Positions 37,833-51,544 of a stretch of 64,000 bases of DNA are shown piece after piece. The DNA lies in assembly GCF_964204865.1 (NCBI RefSeq), contig NC_135260.1, positions 20,336,001 to 20,400,000 of the forward strand, in the 5' to 3' direction. Position 1 is the first letter of the stretch. The number at the start of each line of letters is the position of its first letter. Made by a program: the position numbers and the translations under genes. This stretch comes from Styela clava (lineage: Eukaryota). The notes below the pieces were generated by a model. That model was not told where the DNA came from. It saw nothing but the letters and a program-made list of their open reading frames with translations, and made no database searches.

Positions 37833-39294
37833 ATGAACGTGGCAACAACCTATCTACTTCTGGCGTCAATTATGTTTGGAATTGAAGCAGCTCAATTTAC
37901 TCAACTTAAATGTTTTCAGTTTCGCTACAAATTGGGACAGCAGCAATGTGAACCAAGTAAGGTTTTTTGATTCCAACAGGTAATCCTATATACGATGAAT
38001 AAGTTTTTTAATTCTATTTTCCAAAAAGTACATTTACCATGGCCCAGGTACTTGTGAAACTAGGATAATACGTATAACCTGACCATACGTCCCGGTTTAG
38101 CCGGGACAGTTCGACAAAATCGGGACCGTTTCGCTCGGTAGACTTAATGTCCAGGGTTACGACAGAATGGCAGTCATAAGTATATCCGATATTAAATATA
38201 AAATTGTTTTTATTTTATTTTTTGACGTGTGCAGCCCATTTATCACTTTTATCAACGTAATGTTATGTCATAATTAGTATATTTCCAATATTTACGTCAA
38301 ATTAACATAATAACATCGGCTTTATTGCCGTTTGAAGAAAGTTCTTGTTTTCCAATGATTGTTATATAATTAATATTCATACGAACTAAAATTAAGTCTC
38401 GGAATTGAACCGCCCAATGTCCCGGTTTTTATTCCGCATATCTGGCAATCCTAATTAAACGAAAAACACAAGTGAATTTGTGTTTCATAAAAAACATTTC
38501 AAACACTGGTTTGTTGTTACAGAAAAGGGTTTCAAAGGTGATTTAGTACCATGCTACAACTTGTGCAACGAAAAATTGGTTAAATTTGAAGACTGCGATA
38601 AACATCCCGCTAATATGCATTGCTGCGTTCACGACTGCAGATGCGTCATCAGAGGAGGTGAGTACAAACAATAACACAACAGCTGATATCCTCTCGCTTA
38701 AATTAAATATATATATATATACAACGGACTGAAAAGTAGGAAGCATGCAATAACATGGCAAAACTTATTCCTCTGTATTTCTTTCCAGCCGGATTTGTTG
38801 AAATTCCTCAAAACTATACACTTTCTATCGACGATGAAAAATTATCGCAGTGGATGAAGACCGAAGTAGAAGAAGGATGTGAGCCAAAAAACGAATATCC
38901 TTCATCGGCAAATATGACTGAGTCTGAAAATACCAAGGCAAACCTGGAATTACCTATTCACAAGCAAGATAAAGATGCAATAATACATGGCGTTCAAACA
39001 ACAGCAACAGCCATAGGATCAAGCGATAACAAAGAAACACGGAAATCACCCATTGCTAGCCAAGAGGAAACTTCCAAAACACCTGAAGAAAAAAGCCCAG
39101 ATAAAACAACTACCGCAAATACTATACAACGCAGCACGACCACAAAAACAAAAAATCGAAAGGCAGTGAAGACGTCCGCGGCCAAATGTGCTACAAAAGA
39201 TCATATCATATCGCGATTTGCAAGAAAAATGACTGGAATATTCAAGCAGATGGGTTTTGGTTGGCAAATGAAAGTCGTCGAAGGGTGCAATTGA
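37833..39294 (+). CDS. Uncharacterised secreted cysteine-rich protein, copy 3 (254 aa; exons 37833-37956, 38523-38657, 38789-39294)
   Basis: Same exon sizes and phases as copy 1 (donors GTAAG and GTGAGT). All 12 Cys are retained. There is a 3-codon insertion in the linker. Confidence 0.85.
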
Positions 39295-39692
39295 TGGCAC
39301 TTGCTACATCGTCTGTCAAATCTGAATTTTCCAATTAATTCTATGTAAATTTCCTATCGTGAAAGTATCGTTTGACTAGCTGTAAATATGATTTGAGCTT
39401 TTAAATACATATTATCAACAAGAACGGAATCATGTTGAAGACATCGACGTTGTTGTAAACATCACAAATTGTGCACATATTTGCTGAAAGTGGATTTCTT
39501 GTTTTAGGCGTAAACAAATCCAACGATAACGTATGCAAAATCGATACCCGTTGTCGTCACTGGAACTGTTTTGTCCGAAGAAAAGGTGGTTTGGTTCGAA
39601 TTTGGCCAAATTGAGTCGTCGATATAAATATGTCACTCCAATTGCTAATATGAATTGATTCCTGTCTTTAGTTTATATATATTTCTCAACGC

Positions 39693-40146
39693 GGGTCTAG
39701 TATAGTTTAGTACCACAAGTACTTCCAGTTGACGTATCAAAACGAATTTTGCCTATGTTATTCCTAACCCTCATCTGACTATGCCATCCAAAAATTACGT
39801 CGATACGACGTCACAAACACGTCATAGGGCTTGCCAAAGTACAATTACGATCGCCTGAAATGGCATCTGCGCCGCCGATAACGAACTCGCTCACGCCGGC
39901 GATCTCTCTCCTATCGTGATCGTTATGACGGGAAAACGAAAGAAATAGCTTACTCGATTTCGGGTGATCATCTGCGCGTTTTGGACGACCATCCGCATAC
40001 TTTGGTGGGCCTTATTACGCCAATGTGACGTCAAAATGACGTAATTTTTTGGTGATGTAGTCAGGTGGGGGTTAGGATTGGCATATGCAAAAATTGTTGA
40101 GCCAGGCCAACTAGAAGTGCATGTGGTACTAAACTATACCAGACCC
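39693..40146. mobile_element. MITE with long TIRs and an 8-bp TSD (Merlin- or Mutator-like)
   Basis: GGGTCTAGTATAGTTTAGTACCACA/TGTGGTACTAAACTATACCAGACCC termini with TSD CTCAACGC. Confidence 0.85.
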
Positions 40147-40950
40147 CTCAACGCAATGGCAGTAGAACTCACTAATTGTCGAACCCCAAAGTGTAGCGAA
40201 GCAAAAAAGTTATAACAAGAGAGCGATGCTCGAATATATGGACACGAAATAGTACGGGTATGCAGTCTGTAACAGTAGTCTACCGGTACCATACCGCAGT
40301 AATCACGACTTCACAGGAACACGAGATAGATCGCTAACGCGAAGCCGGAACCACCACAAGGGGCGCAATTTCAACAGTTCATTCGAGATATCAGGGAGGC
40401 GATTAGTGTGAACAAGGCAAGAGAAATCACGAAACAGATCTCACCGACCTCCCAAACACAGCTGCATCAACGATATATACGACTGTTAAGGTCATTAGAG
40501 TCAGTTATCACCCAAATACATACATACGTGTCTGAAGGGCAGTTGGAGATTTGCATAGCAAGTCAGGGCCCCATATATGTTTATATATCGTTATAGGGGT
40601 TAGATTTATCTCACAAATTTGCATATACTAATCATTACGCACAAAATCCATATGACAGAAAAAAGGCAAGCTAGAAATTAACTTTCGACAATCGATATCT
40701 ATCAAATATATCCGAATTGTATTACCTTGGTTTTGTTTAAAAGTAATTTAGATATATATAATGTTTTCCGTGGATTAAAATTTGAATTTTTTATAGGAAT
40801 ATGTTTTGAAAGTCCCGGGAATATAATATTATTCCAATTCTGGGCCCCATAATTATCATAGACTTTTGAGCAAATTTAAGACATGTTCGTGACATAAAGA
40901 ACTCACCACTAGATGCTGAGCGTGTAGTATACCAGTGTTTCCCAACCTAT

Positions 40951-41448
40951 GGACCTTTCCCCGAGCATCGACTTCCTTGTTTACTTTGTGACATTGGCCA
41001 ATCAGCAAGATGCAAAAAGTGACGTAACAATGCCCCCTTTTCGCATCCGCTCAGACACTTTTCTCACTCAGACAGATTTTCAAGCGTGATTGTAAACATT
41101 ACCTCGTTTTCGCGTTTCTGAACTCTATTCGTTAGTTTTTAGTTGTGTTTTGGGAACTTAAATAAAAATCAGATAATTCAATGATCACTCTGTTTTTCTA
41201 GGAGTTTTAATTTAATTGCAGTAATAAAAATTAGTGTAGAAATAGCTGTGATAGACTAGCCTGAAATTCTTTACCGGTACTTTTAAAAAACAGATTGTTG
41301 TATGCGATGAATCATGATGATGGTTTGAAACACATACCCCATTTTACAGACGCCAACTTGCAAAAGCACTCTTAAAATAGCTTTGACAATTTTGCAATGG
41401 TAAAGTATAGGGAGAATTTTCCGAGGGTCAAAGGTCGGGGAAAGGTCC
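40951..41448. mobile_element. AT-flanked TIR element (inverted copy of 12280-12768)
   Basis: GGACC...GGTCC termini, inserted into CCTATGGG with duplication of AT. Confidence 0.8.
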
Positions 41449-41894
41449 ATGGGTCGCGGCCCAAAGCTGGGACGCCTGAAAGTTCTTTTGGTTCGCTTGC
41501 TTTTTCAACAAAACCCTAAATATTATTGATGTATTTTCTAGTAAATTTTATTGTTTATTTTGTATTTGGTATTGAAGTGTTGCTCAATAGTAATTTTATA
41601 TGGGGGGAGTATCACAGCGTAAAACCGATAAGCATCTATTTTGTTTAATAAAACTATGCAACGATTTCAAAAAATCGCTGAAGACAAACAAATAATAATG
41701 TTGGAGCTGTTGAAATAATTAAATAGATAATGATGAATTATGTAAAAATAATTGTCCTTTTTATATAAGTCATTTGATTTTACGACCACAGATGCACTAC
41801 ATGCCGTTTAGTGTTTAAGCATATCCTTGGGTCGCAAGTTCTTACGAAACTCATTTTTTTACAAAATTTGTGTCGTTGAAAAAGGGTTGGGAAC

Positions 41895-43918
41895 CAGAGG
41901 CGTAGCTTAGGGGGGGCAGTGGGGTACATATGCCCCCGGGCGCCAAGGTACAGGGGCGCCAAAATGGGGCTGGCAAAAATTTCACAACAAAGGTAAAAAA
42001 CGGTCACAAGCAAGATCGCACCGGCGGCAGACATCTAATCTTAGTACATGGCAAACTGCACACTTGGTCAGACCACTTACGACTGCCGACGTCATCACGC
42101 ACATAGCACGGTCAGATTTCCATCGTAATTACATGGCCGAAAAAATTTGGCCGGAAAACAAAGCAAAATTTGATTTGGTAACGTTAGGTAACAAAATGCA
42201 CCGGGTTAATTACGTGGTTCTGTATCGTTAAGTTCTTGCCTGCGCACTCGGATGTAAGTTGATATTAGTTCTGTGCTGGAGACAAATGGAAACGGAATTT
42301 GGTTGAATGATGTTAATACATGTTTTGAGTAATACGTGGATTGTATTTTGTTGTCAAAGTACCGTACTTTGCGGCAGAGTTACATAAAATATATTATACT
42401 GTGCTAAAAGACCTCAATGCCGTTTTCGACAATTCGTCGAGATTGCACAGATTTTGCAAATCTCTACCACACGGACATCAATGGCCACGAACTTTTCACC
42501 GAAGTTGGAGATTGCAGAATGCTGCTCAGTAACAGAACTGTAGATCAACCAGAAACTCCTTCGGCTCTTCTTGGTTTTATTGTGTCTTTTGGAGACGACG
42601 TTTTATTCAATCTGCGAATTTCTCTACAAATTTTGTTAACAATATCAGTTTCAATTGCAAGCTGTGAACGGTCTTTCAGCAGATTGAAACTTATTTTGTC
42701 GTATTCGCGTGCATCAACGGGACAGGATCGTCTCCGTGATCTTGCATTTCTAAGTGTTGAAAGAGAAACATTGGAAAAAAACAGATTTTGTTGACGTGTT
42801 AACCAGTTTACGACAGTGAAATTGAAAAAATGAATTTATTTTAGACTATGTAGATCATCTTTGACAGTAACTGAGTGGGACATATGCTCTATTTTGTATA
42901 GCTTTGCTTCTTCTTTAAATAAAATGTTCCATTAAAATTTGAATTTACATATACATATATTTTTGAATAAATAATAAAATATATAAATACATATAAATTT
43001 GAATTTACATCGTCACGCTAATAACCGAATTGCGTAAGTCATTTTGGGCGGTTTTGAATTTTTCATAAAATAGGTATTTATGTAATGCTGCGCACCTGTC
43101 TGTTAACTCAGATTTTATTTTAAGAATTCCGAAACCCATAAAAATAGAAATTTTGTATGATATGCAAATTTGTTCAATTGTTCCGTCATAATGAATTATC
43201 ATGGTTAACGCAGGACTATTGTGACGTCACAAAGGCAAAATAACCTAGGCGAAGGATTTTCGAGTTTTTGCATCTCAGATTCTAGCTTAGCGCTAATAAT
43301 TTTCAATTTATGCTACTGTATAGGAAGGCGTGCACTTGTGATATTTACTGTCTGAGTCCAATTCACCTTGGTTGACTTTTATATAAGAGTACATTACTGT
43401 TTTATTCTTTATATTTAACTTTAGTCTTATTTCGGTGATGTGCAGAGCGTGTTATATTGATGAAATATATATTTTTAAACATAAAAAATAATGTAATTGA
43501 AACAGATTAGCTATTTTGGGGATTTTGGATTGTTTGGTTTTCAGGACTGGTACATATAGACAAGTTGCAAAATTGCGTATGTCCTCTAGCCATAGACACA
43601 TTTTTGCCTAAATCACAGTGTGCCAATATGACGTCACATGACTGCGTCATACAAATTAACTTAAATCCGGCTACGATCAAAAAGTTGAACTATGGCAAAT
43701 TAAAGACTCTCAATGGCATAGCAATATCATTAGGAAGTTTTTTTACGTTTTTCTCAACACAGCTAAAAATGACTTACGCAATTCGGTTATTAGCGTGACG
43801 AAATATAATTTTTTTTACATATACAATTAAATGCAATAGAAAACATGATTAAACGTGGGGGTCGGGGCGCCAATTTTATATTTTGCCCCGGGCGCAAAAT
43901 ATGCTGGCTACGCCTCTG
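41895..43918 (+). mobile_element. Deleted hAT (Tip100/Zaphod-like) element with a C-terminal dimerisation domain remnant
   Basis: TIR CAGAGGCGTAGC/GCTACGCCTCTG with a perfect TSD TTGGGAAC. ORF 42417-42794 reads LQILLTISVSIASCERSFSRLKLILSY.R.S.GQDRL..LA.LSVE. Confidence 0.92.
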
Positions 43919-45218
43919 TTGGGAACCATTGTATTATACGAATTGGACACAGATAGCCACAACCAGTGAAGTATGTATCGATAAGTCTACATAAGTCGGC
44001 ATAAGTCTTTTCACCAGCAGAGCCCCAAGCCACAATTCCATATCGTAAGTGGAAATAAAATAGACAAAAATAAAAGTTCGCACTACTTTTAGGGAAGTTT
44101 TTTTTTCATTATTTCCACCGCCCTTGATAATTTCGAATGTAATTGGTTGACGTGGTCGTTCAGATTAAGTTTGTTATTAATAAATACTGCAAAGTTTTCA
44201 ACAGAATCATGTACTTTCAAGCTCGAACCATTCAAGGTAAAATTGGAGTTGGAGATTGGAACTTATTTTTATTATTATAGGAAGGATTTACTCATTTAAT
44301 GTAAAACCAAGCATGGCATATCTGTCAAAAATTACAAATTGTTTCATTCATGTAAATTGTAAAGCTTTAAAACGTAAAAATGGCGCAATCAGGAGTCTTG
44401 TATATTTCAATTGTACTGCATGCCATAATTACTCATTTCTAATGTGTGGCCCATCTGTACCTAGCCTAGCATTTCTCCAGTTTGCTTTTATACCTTAACC
44501 CGTTCCACATATACATGGCCGAAACGTCATAATGAGACACGAGCGTGGGACAAGGGGGATACATGTGGGGAAATTGATACAAATGTGTGACAAGTGGCAC
44601 AAGACATGTTCGAGACACCATGTCTCTGAAACCCTGGTAAGCGATCATGCACATATTACAATAATCGGTTGTTAAGTTTAATGTAGAACAGTGAAATATA
44701 CAGTACTGACAATATCTCGACTATATGTTTGAGATAGATTCAATAAAAAATGCCATATTTGCATAGTAAATATGAAAATAAATGTGTATTTTGATGTGGA
44801 ACTGACACAATATACATAAGCGCAAAGACCAAAGGGACAGTTGGCCTGTGGGGCCTAATCCATGAATAAGTGAGCGCCACATACTAATGATCAAGCATAA
44901 ATTATGTATTTAAGAAAATATGCCTTGTACTACAAAAAATAATTCTTAATATCACAAAATGAGCACCATTGATTGCCATTTTGAAATTCAGAGTGGCTTT
45001 ATACTTACCAAATATAGCAACAAATAAAACCTTGCATTCGTTATTCATGAATTATCGTTCATATTGTTCAAATGATGATCAATCAGCCTCAGTCCTGGTG
45101 AATATTAAATTTCCCAATCAATACTCATGAAAAACACAATACAAAAAAAATAAAGAGTAGATCACAAATTGCGATCCATTGAAAGAAAATTTGTAAAATG
45201 ATGTTCGTTCAATCCAAT

Positions 45219-47249
45219 TTATTGGAATTTCAAATGATCACTTTTGTTCTGTTTCAGACGATACATTGCCAAGTGAGGAATCAGGACAGTAAAAGCATTC
45301 AACACAATGAAAAATTCAACATTACTGACAATGTGAAATTCCATCGGAGTCCTACTTGAAGTAGCGGCCATTACATAACAAAATACACCCTGAATAAAAG
45401 GAAAAATTTAAGAAATTGAAACAATCAGCGCAATTACAAATTCAAACATGACTTCTCACCTGTGCCATTGCACCAGATAAAGCTGTTGACAAATCCTCTG
45501 CCCATTTTCCTCCTCCTTTAACTAATGCATAAATCAGAATCACCTGGATATTCAAATGAATATAGGATACAAATGAATATCAGTTGGAAGCAAAAGGCTT
45601 GGCCACATATTTTCTACTGATGGTTAGGATATACAGCAGTGAAAAGTGGCAACTTTTTCTATTTCATTTGTGTGAGTGACAGTGACCCATTTTCCCAATA
45701 CCACTGATACCCTTATATTGTTTTTCCCATTATTGCAGTTGAATAAAAGTGACAATTTTATACCCAAACTCAAAAGGGGTGATATGAAAGGACAAGTTTT
45801 TCTGACCTTGATATAATATATACTACCGGTATATGTGGTCAAATAAGCCACCTCTTACTTTAATTCAGATACCCATATTATTCATAGTTACATTTTGGTG
45901 TGAAACATGTAATATACAGATTAATTTAATTATAAGTTTTTTTGTGGTCATTTACACAGTCTAATATATGTACAACATGCAATTAAATACCATCTAAAAG
46001 AAATAATATTGCATTACTACCTGAGCTGGTAAGCAGTAAACAAAATTGAAAAGACAATGCAATGCTCCAAACTTAGTCGGATTTAACAGATAAGGTTCAT
46101 ATTCCTTAACGTAATAAACAATCATTGGGAAAGGAGATCCAAGAGCAGCAAGACCTCGAATGAAACCAACTATATTTGATGCAAACAAAACTCCTATTAC
46201 AAAGATGTCGAATGCTCCTATCGATTCTGATCTAAAAGAAACATAGAAAAAAATTTATTGTATGGCTTATGCATTTGGTTAGTTTGGGGTTTTATATTTT
46301 AGATGCCTGATGTTGGCTCTTTGTTAAAATTGGAACCAACTTCACTTTAGAACGCAGATGATGATGTAGGCCATGATGAATAACCCGCAGTCACAGGGTG
46401 ATTAATAAAGTATTTGAGTTGTTTAATCGAAAAAGTAGCATACGCCAGTATATATGAAAATATTACTCTATACCAATGCAGTTAAAATGAAGAAAAGAGG
46501 AGTCACACGAAGAAAAAAAACATTTTAGATAACTAGAGCTTTGATCAATATGATTTAGTATTTACACCAAACTAGTTAGAACTCGTACATGTTACAGCCA
46601 TTTACCTCAATTCAGCAGGAGGATATTCTTGTACAGGTGAATTTTCGTGTTGAGGTAATTTTAATAAGTATATAAGAGCACAGAATGGAAATATTATGTA
46701 AGGAATGTTGAGGAAAAAAGCAGGATGAATATCATTCCCATAACTTCCTACAATCATTCCAGTAGTGGCAACAAACAATCCTGCGATTATCGAACCCATA
46801 CAGTAAATGCCATAACTTCTGTAGTCCTGTTTGTTGTCATATTTGTAAATAATAGTAAGATATAGTAGGTAGTGAACAACTGCATTCCACATATTGATAT
46901 AAATTCCAAATGAAGTGTTTAGATAGGGTTCCCCACTTTTCAAATACCAATCCATGTATCCGTCGATGTATCCAAGATTTTCCAGACATAACACAAGGTC
47001 TGCAACATATGACCAAGAAAAAAGACAGCACATATAAAAGAACCAGTTCCTCTTATGTGTTCCCAGATTGTCTTCATAAACTGACGGTAAAAGCTTGCGT
47101 AAAAGTATTGCTAAGCCAGGAATGAATATGACACCAGCTAAAAGCATTGCAAGTGGATTTCTTATAATTGAAGTTGATCCAACAATATATAGAAGTCCCC
47201 ATTGTGATTGGGACACAAGAAATACAACAATAGTTCCCTGAAGATTCAT
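45219..47249 (-). CDS. TM6SF1: Transmembrane 6 superfamily (EXPERA-domain) protein, 369 aa; exons 47249-46606, 46231-46021, 45543-45460, 45389-45219
   Basis: Motifs FSWSYVADLVLCLE, YLKSGEPYLNT, WNAVVHYLLYL, FFLNIPY, FIRGLAALG, YEPYL and GAMAQ. GT-AG sites with consistent phases give 1110 nt. It is likely co-orthologous to vertebrate TM6SF1 and TM6SF2. Confidence 0.88.
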
Positions 47250-48737
47250 ATTATTATCAATAAAACGATGATCGCCTGTGATGCAGTGATGTGAGAAACA
47301 CAATAATACATGATAATACCGTAGTTTGTATAATGAACTTATAATCTCTGAATACCATTCTCAATAAAATAATATTAAAACAGTAGTGAGTAATATTCTC
47401 AAAAGACTCTCAACATTTCTAATTGATTCCCAATAAATTTCCAGTTTTATGTTTCAATTCTGCAATTAATAAACATAGTATTAAAATGAATTTTGCAATT
47501 CAGAATAGGAGATTGGACATTTTAATAAGATGAATATCATGCACACGATGACAAGATCAATAATTCTATATTACATACACAATCCATGGCATAAATCTTT
47601 CTACACTTCTAGCAGCATTATTCTAGGCTCTATGTAAAATTGATATTTATTACGCTTTTGGTTCCATTAAAACACCAGGTGTACGGTAACTGGTAAAACT
47701 ATCTATAAACATAATTCAAAGCAGATAGTTCGGATAGCAGAGCCACCGTCAACGCTCTCTCAAATATTCCCCACATCAGTGCAGGCGTGCAGCACAACAA
47801 CCACCTCCTTACCTGGCCTTCGATTTCTAAATAGTCAACACGAATCGGTGAATACCCTAGCCAGCCACCTAGTGGGTTGCAAGGCTCAATATATCCCGGG
47901 TAGGCAATGTTTCAAGTCTTAATTAGATATTAGAACCTTGGTTGGCGCTGCTCGGTAACTAAGTTGTGTGCTCGCAATTTCCATAATCAACATAACAGAC
48001 GTTTAAATAGTTGATAAAAACAAAATAGACAAAACTAATTACAGCATCAACAGAGCGAACAACATTTTAAATAAGAATTAATCGTACAGATTTGCCCACC
48101 AAAATATATTAAAGTAACTAAAATACGAACAAACGCAAACACACATACCGGTACATCTGTACATACGATCACGAAGAAATAATGAAATTAGAAGAGAAAA
48201 AAAATACACATGAGGAATATTACTAAGTGAAAAAAAATATATATATAAACTAATGCAAAAAAAATTGCCACTCCAAAATTAAAAATATATTTTACCAAGC
48301 GGAAATTCTAAAAAGACAATGTGGTCACGCTTTCTGTGAACATCCGATGGAACGATTTTGGTGAATAAAATAAAGAAACTAACACTTTATTAATATCTAA
48401 TGAAGAATATTTGGAAAAAAAATCAGATCCAAGTCTTTTCAATTATTGTACAATGCCCATTTGGGCAATTAATAAAATATTTTAGTCACCTTTTATTTAC
48501 TGTAACTCATCATAGTTATGAAATACTTCCTTATTATTGTACATTTGTACCTTGTAGTTTGTAACACCTATTCTCTGAAGACTTCCACCTTCACTCAATC
48601 CCACATTTCCAATGCTTGATATTGCCAGTTATCACCCTAATACAAACTGGGAATCATACGTGTTCACCCCTATATCGTTCAACACCGACAAAATCACTCA
48701 AATTACGTGAATCTCATCATCTGACCATATTCTAGTG

Positions 48738-49955
48738 CAGGGGTGTCAAACTCGAGGCCGCATGCGGCTCCATAGACCGTCCAATGCGGCCCAGAGACGG
48801 TCCAATGCGGCCCTTAACAACGCTTAACAATAATTGTAATATTTTCCTAGAAAACGACAATTTACTCAAACTAGTTTTGGAGAAATTTTTTTTTTTTCGT
48901 TTTCAATTTGTTCTACCGGTAATTATGGATACACTTCAAGCTAGCAGAAGACTACTTGAAAAAAAAAACTTCAGGGATTAAATGGAACGCAAAGTACATG
49001 AAGATGGTGGCACTTTTGAATAGAAATAGAAGTTGCAATATTTCTGCATTCCTCGAAATTCTACAGCACATTGTAATTTGTCACATTTCCACCAGCACAA
49101 TGGAAGAATATAGTATATGTGCACATTATGTGGACTAGAATACGCTCAGCAGTCGATATGACAAATTCAAAGATCAACTTCGACCATAAAATTTCATGTG
49201 TTTGTATATTTTTATAATTATAAAACTACCTAGTTACTAAAAATCAGTATCAATCATAATTCAAGCGGTCCTATGTCACGTAATGGTATAAAATGTCGCG
49301 GGAAATGTCTGTTCCGAAAAGTCGGTCATTTGTTTGTTTACTGTTCTATGCATGAAATGATAAACGTAATATTTTTGCAGTACTGAAATTAATCGAACAT
49401 TCTCAACGATCCAGATTAACCCATGATTATGTGAACTCGTAGAGTTGGTACTGTTAAATCATTTCAGCCTGATATTAGTAAGCTGGTGGCACAAAAGAGA
49501 TTCTAAACGTCAGGGCATATGCAATGAAAAAATATTGAGTATATTCTGTAGTATTTTTGTAAATTTAGGTCTATACTTTAGATTAGGTCATTTTTAGTGT
49601 ATGAATTATTCTTTTCTTATCAAAACTTTGTGTAAAAATGTTTTGCATAGTTGTACATAAAAATTTATGATTCTTTGTAATAAATACAGTAAATTGTAAT
49701 AAAAGTGAAATCCAAAAATTGATATGTAAATGGCAATTGAAGATTAAGAAAATAACAAAACTTCATTCGGCTGTTTATTTGCATCACAAATTTGTCACAA
49801 TATATGTCACAAATTACACCCATATAAAAATATGCTTCAGGTATACATTATCAAGATATATATATATATATATATATCAAAAACTGTTTGCGGCCCTTTG
49901 TACAATTTCCAAAATGCAATGCGGCCGTCAAAAACCCACGAGTTTGACACCCCCG
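48738..49955. mobile_element. Non-autonomous hAT element (inverted copy of 2667-3880)
   Basis: TIR CAGGGGTGTCAAACTCG/CGAGTTTGACACCCCCG with a degenerate TSD TTCTAGTG/TTCCAGTC. Confidence 0.85.
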
Positions 49956-50277
49956 TTCCAGTCAATAATAACATCAGATCACTACCTAAATACGTTGATG
50001 ATCTAGTTGAATTGTATTCAAAGTTCTATTCTTCTCCCCATATTGGTGCTTCGAGTGAGACCAAGATTGAGAGTGGGGTAGCGTTTTATAATGTTGACAT
50101 CCATTAGCCTACATGAAAAACAATATATTTGAATTACCAATTATCCAAGAATTCAATATATATCATTTCCTCCCTTTGGCGATATGTGGGTCGAGATCAA
50201 GTGATATCAACCTAAACTTCCAGTGCTTCATCATTGGTGTTATTTACAGCCATCCGAAAAACATGGTATCATCAATT

Positions 50278-51067
50278 TAGGGATGTAAGTTTCGAATATT
50301 TTCATTTTGAATCAGAATGTTCCGATTCACATATTTCCGAATCCGATTCTATTTAGTATAACATCATGTTATCTTTAACTTTCTTTATATAACATTTGCA
50401 ATATCTGCAAGATAAATTGTGATTAAATGATATTGAACTAAAGAATGAGTAAAGTAAAAAAAAACTTCAATGGATTCATCAAATACCCAATAGGGATGAG
50501 GAAATTTATTAAATAAAGATACACTCGGTTACATATTTACATTTTATCACTTAAATTTTCGTCTGCAAACAAAACCGGACGTATATTGATCGTTTCTACT
50601 GATATCGACCTTTGAAATTCATCCAAATGATAAACACTGGTTAAATGTTCTTTAGTATGATTTGCGCCATAATTTTATAGAAATCGATAATTAAGAGGAA
50701 AACATCGCAGACCTTTGTTTTAATAAGACATACTGTAGGGATATTGCTATAATGATATTATAAAGGTATCCCATAGAAGCCATATTTGTAAAAATTTGTA
50801 ACAATTTCAAGTAGCCCAACAAAATTACGCGACATAGTTATTCTGAAGATGTGACCCATATAAAAAAATAACAATCCCATGAGTGTTAAGACTCGGGAAA
50901 TGCTGCAAACGCAAGAAAAATGAACAAAAAAACGACTTTGGCCGATGCTGGTGTTATTTGTATTATTATTTTTTATATATAGATTCAAGCCGTTTTTTCT
51001 CAAATTGCTTCGATTTGATGTTGATTCGAATCGCTTCGAATTCGAAACTCTGAAACTTACATCCCTA
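50278..51067. mobile_element. MITE with TAGGGATGTAAGTTTC TIRs
   Basis: Perfect 16-bp inverted termini and subterminal TTCGAAT/GATTC repeats. AATT lies on both flanks. Confidence 0.75.
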
Positions 51068-51544
51068 AATTTATAAATATCCAATAGGCGCTAATCTATT
51101 ATTTCATGAAACCCCATAAGAGCTGATCGTTGATAATCATTTACTGGAGAACTGGTTTACTGGTTTTACTGGTACTCCAGAAACTGACAATGTCAATCTT
51201 TTTATATTAGTTGATTCCAATTTCGCCTTACTTGACAGTTGACACCCATGATAATGCCACTTCCAAATATAATTTGAGTTGAAGTGTAACAACTATATGA
51301 GCGTTTTTTATTGCAAAGAAAATGTTAATAGCTGTTGAAACTTTTCTTGGCCATTAAAATGCTCAATAAATAAACACGCTCCATTACGACCCTTATCGCG
51401 CAAAGGAAACAAACTTTTTTTAAACCTTGGATCACCAGGGGAAGTCGAAAGTTGATTAAACATTAAACACAAAATTATTATGTTTGAAAAAAGCTCCTGA
51501 AGGGTAATGCAGTTCAACGTTTCCACTTCAAAAAGTATAAACAC

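Larger units (their letters stand above)
40933..43931. mobile_element. hAT MITE carrying two nested insertions
   Basis: CAGTGTTTCCCAAC...GTTGGGAACCATTG termini with TSD TAGTATAC/TATTATAC. Confidence 0.75.
13230..44550 (+). repeat. Tandem segmental triplication of a ~7.5-kb gene-bearing unit (units ~13230-20750, ~20750-35160, ~35160-44550)
   Basis: Collinear homologous blocks recur three times: upstream region, TATA box, three coding exons, downstream LINE remnant. Size differences are largely copy-specific TE insertions. Confidence 0.9.

Noticed and set aside
42417-42794. Host ZMYM1-like gene
   Set aside because: It is only a hAT C-terminal fragment, enclosed by TIRs and a perfect TSD.
47720-47980. 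GC-richer stretch upstream of the TM6SF coding exon as a possible ncRNA
   Set aside because: No recognisable box motifs or convincing fold by eye.
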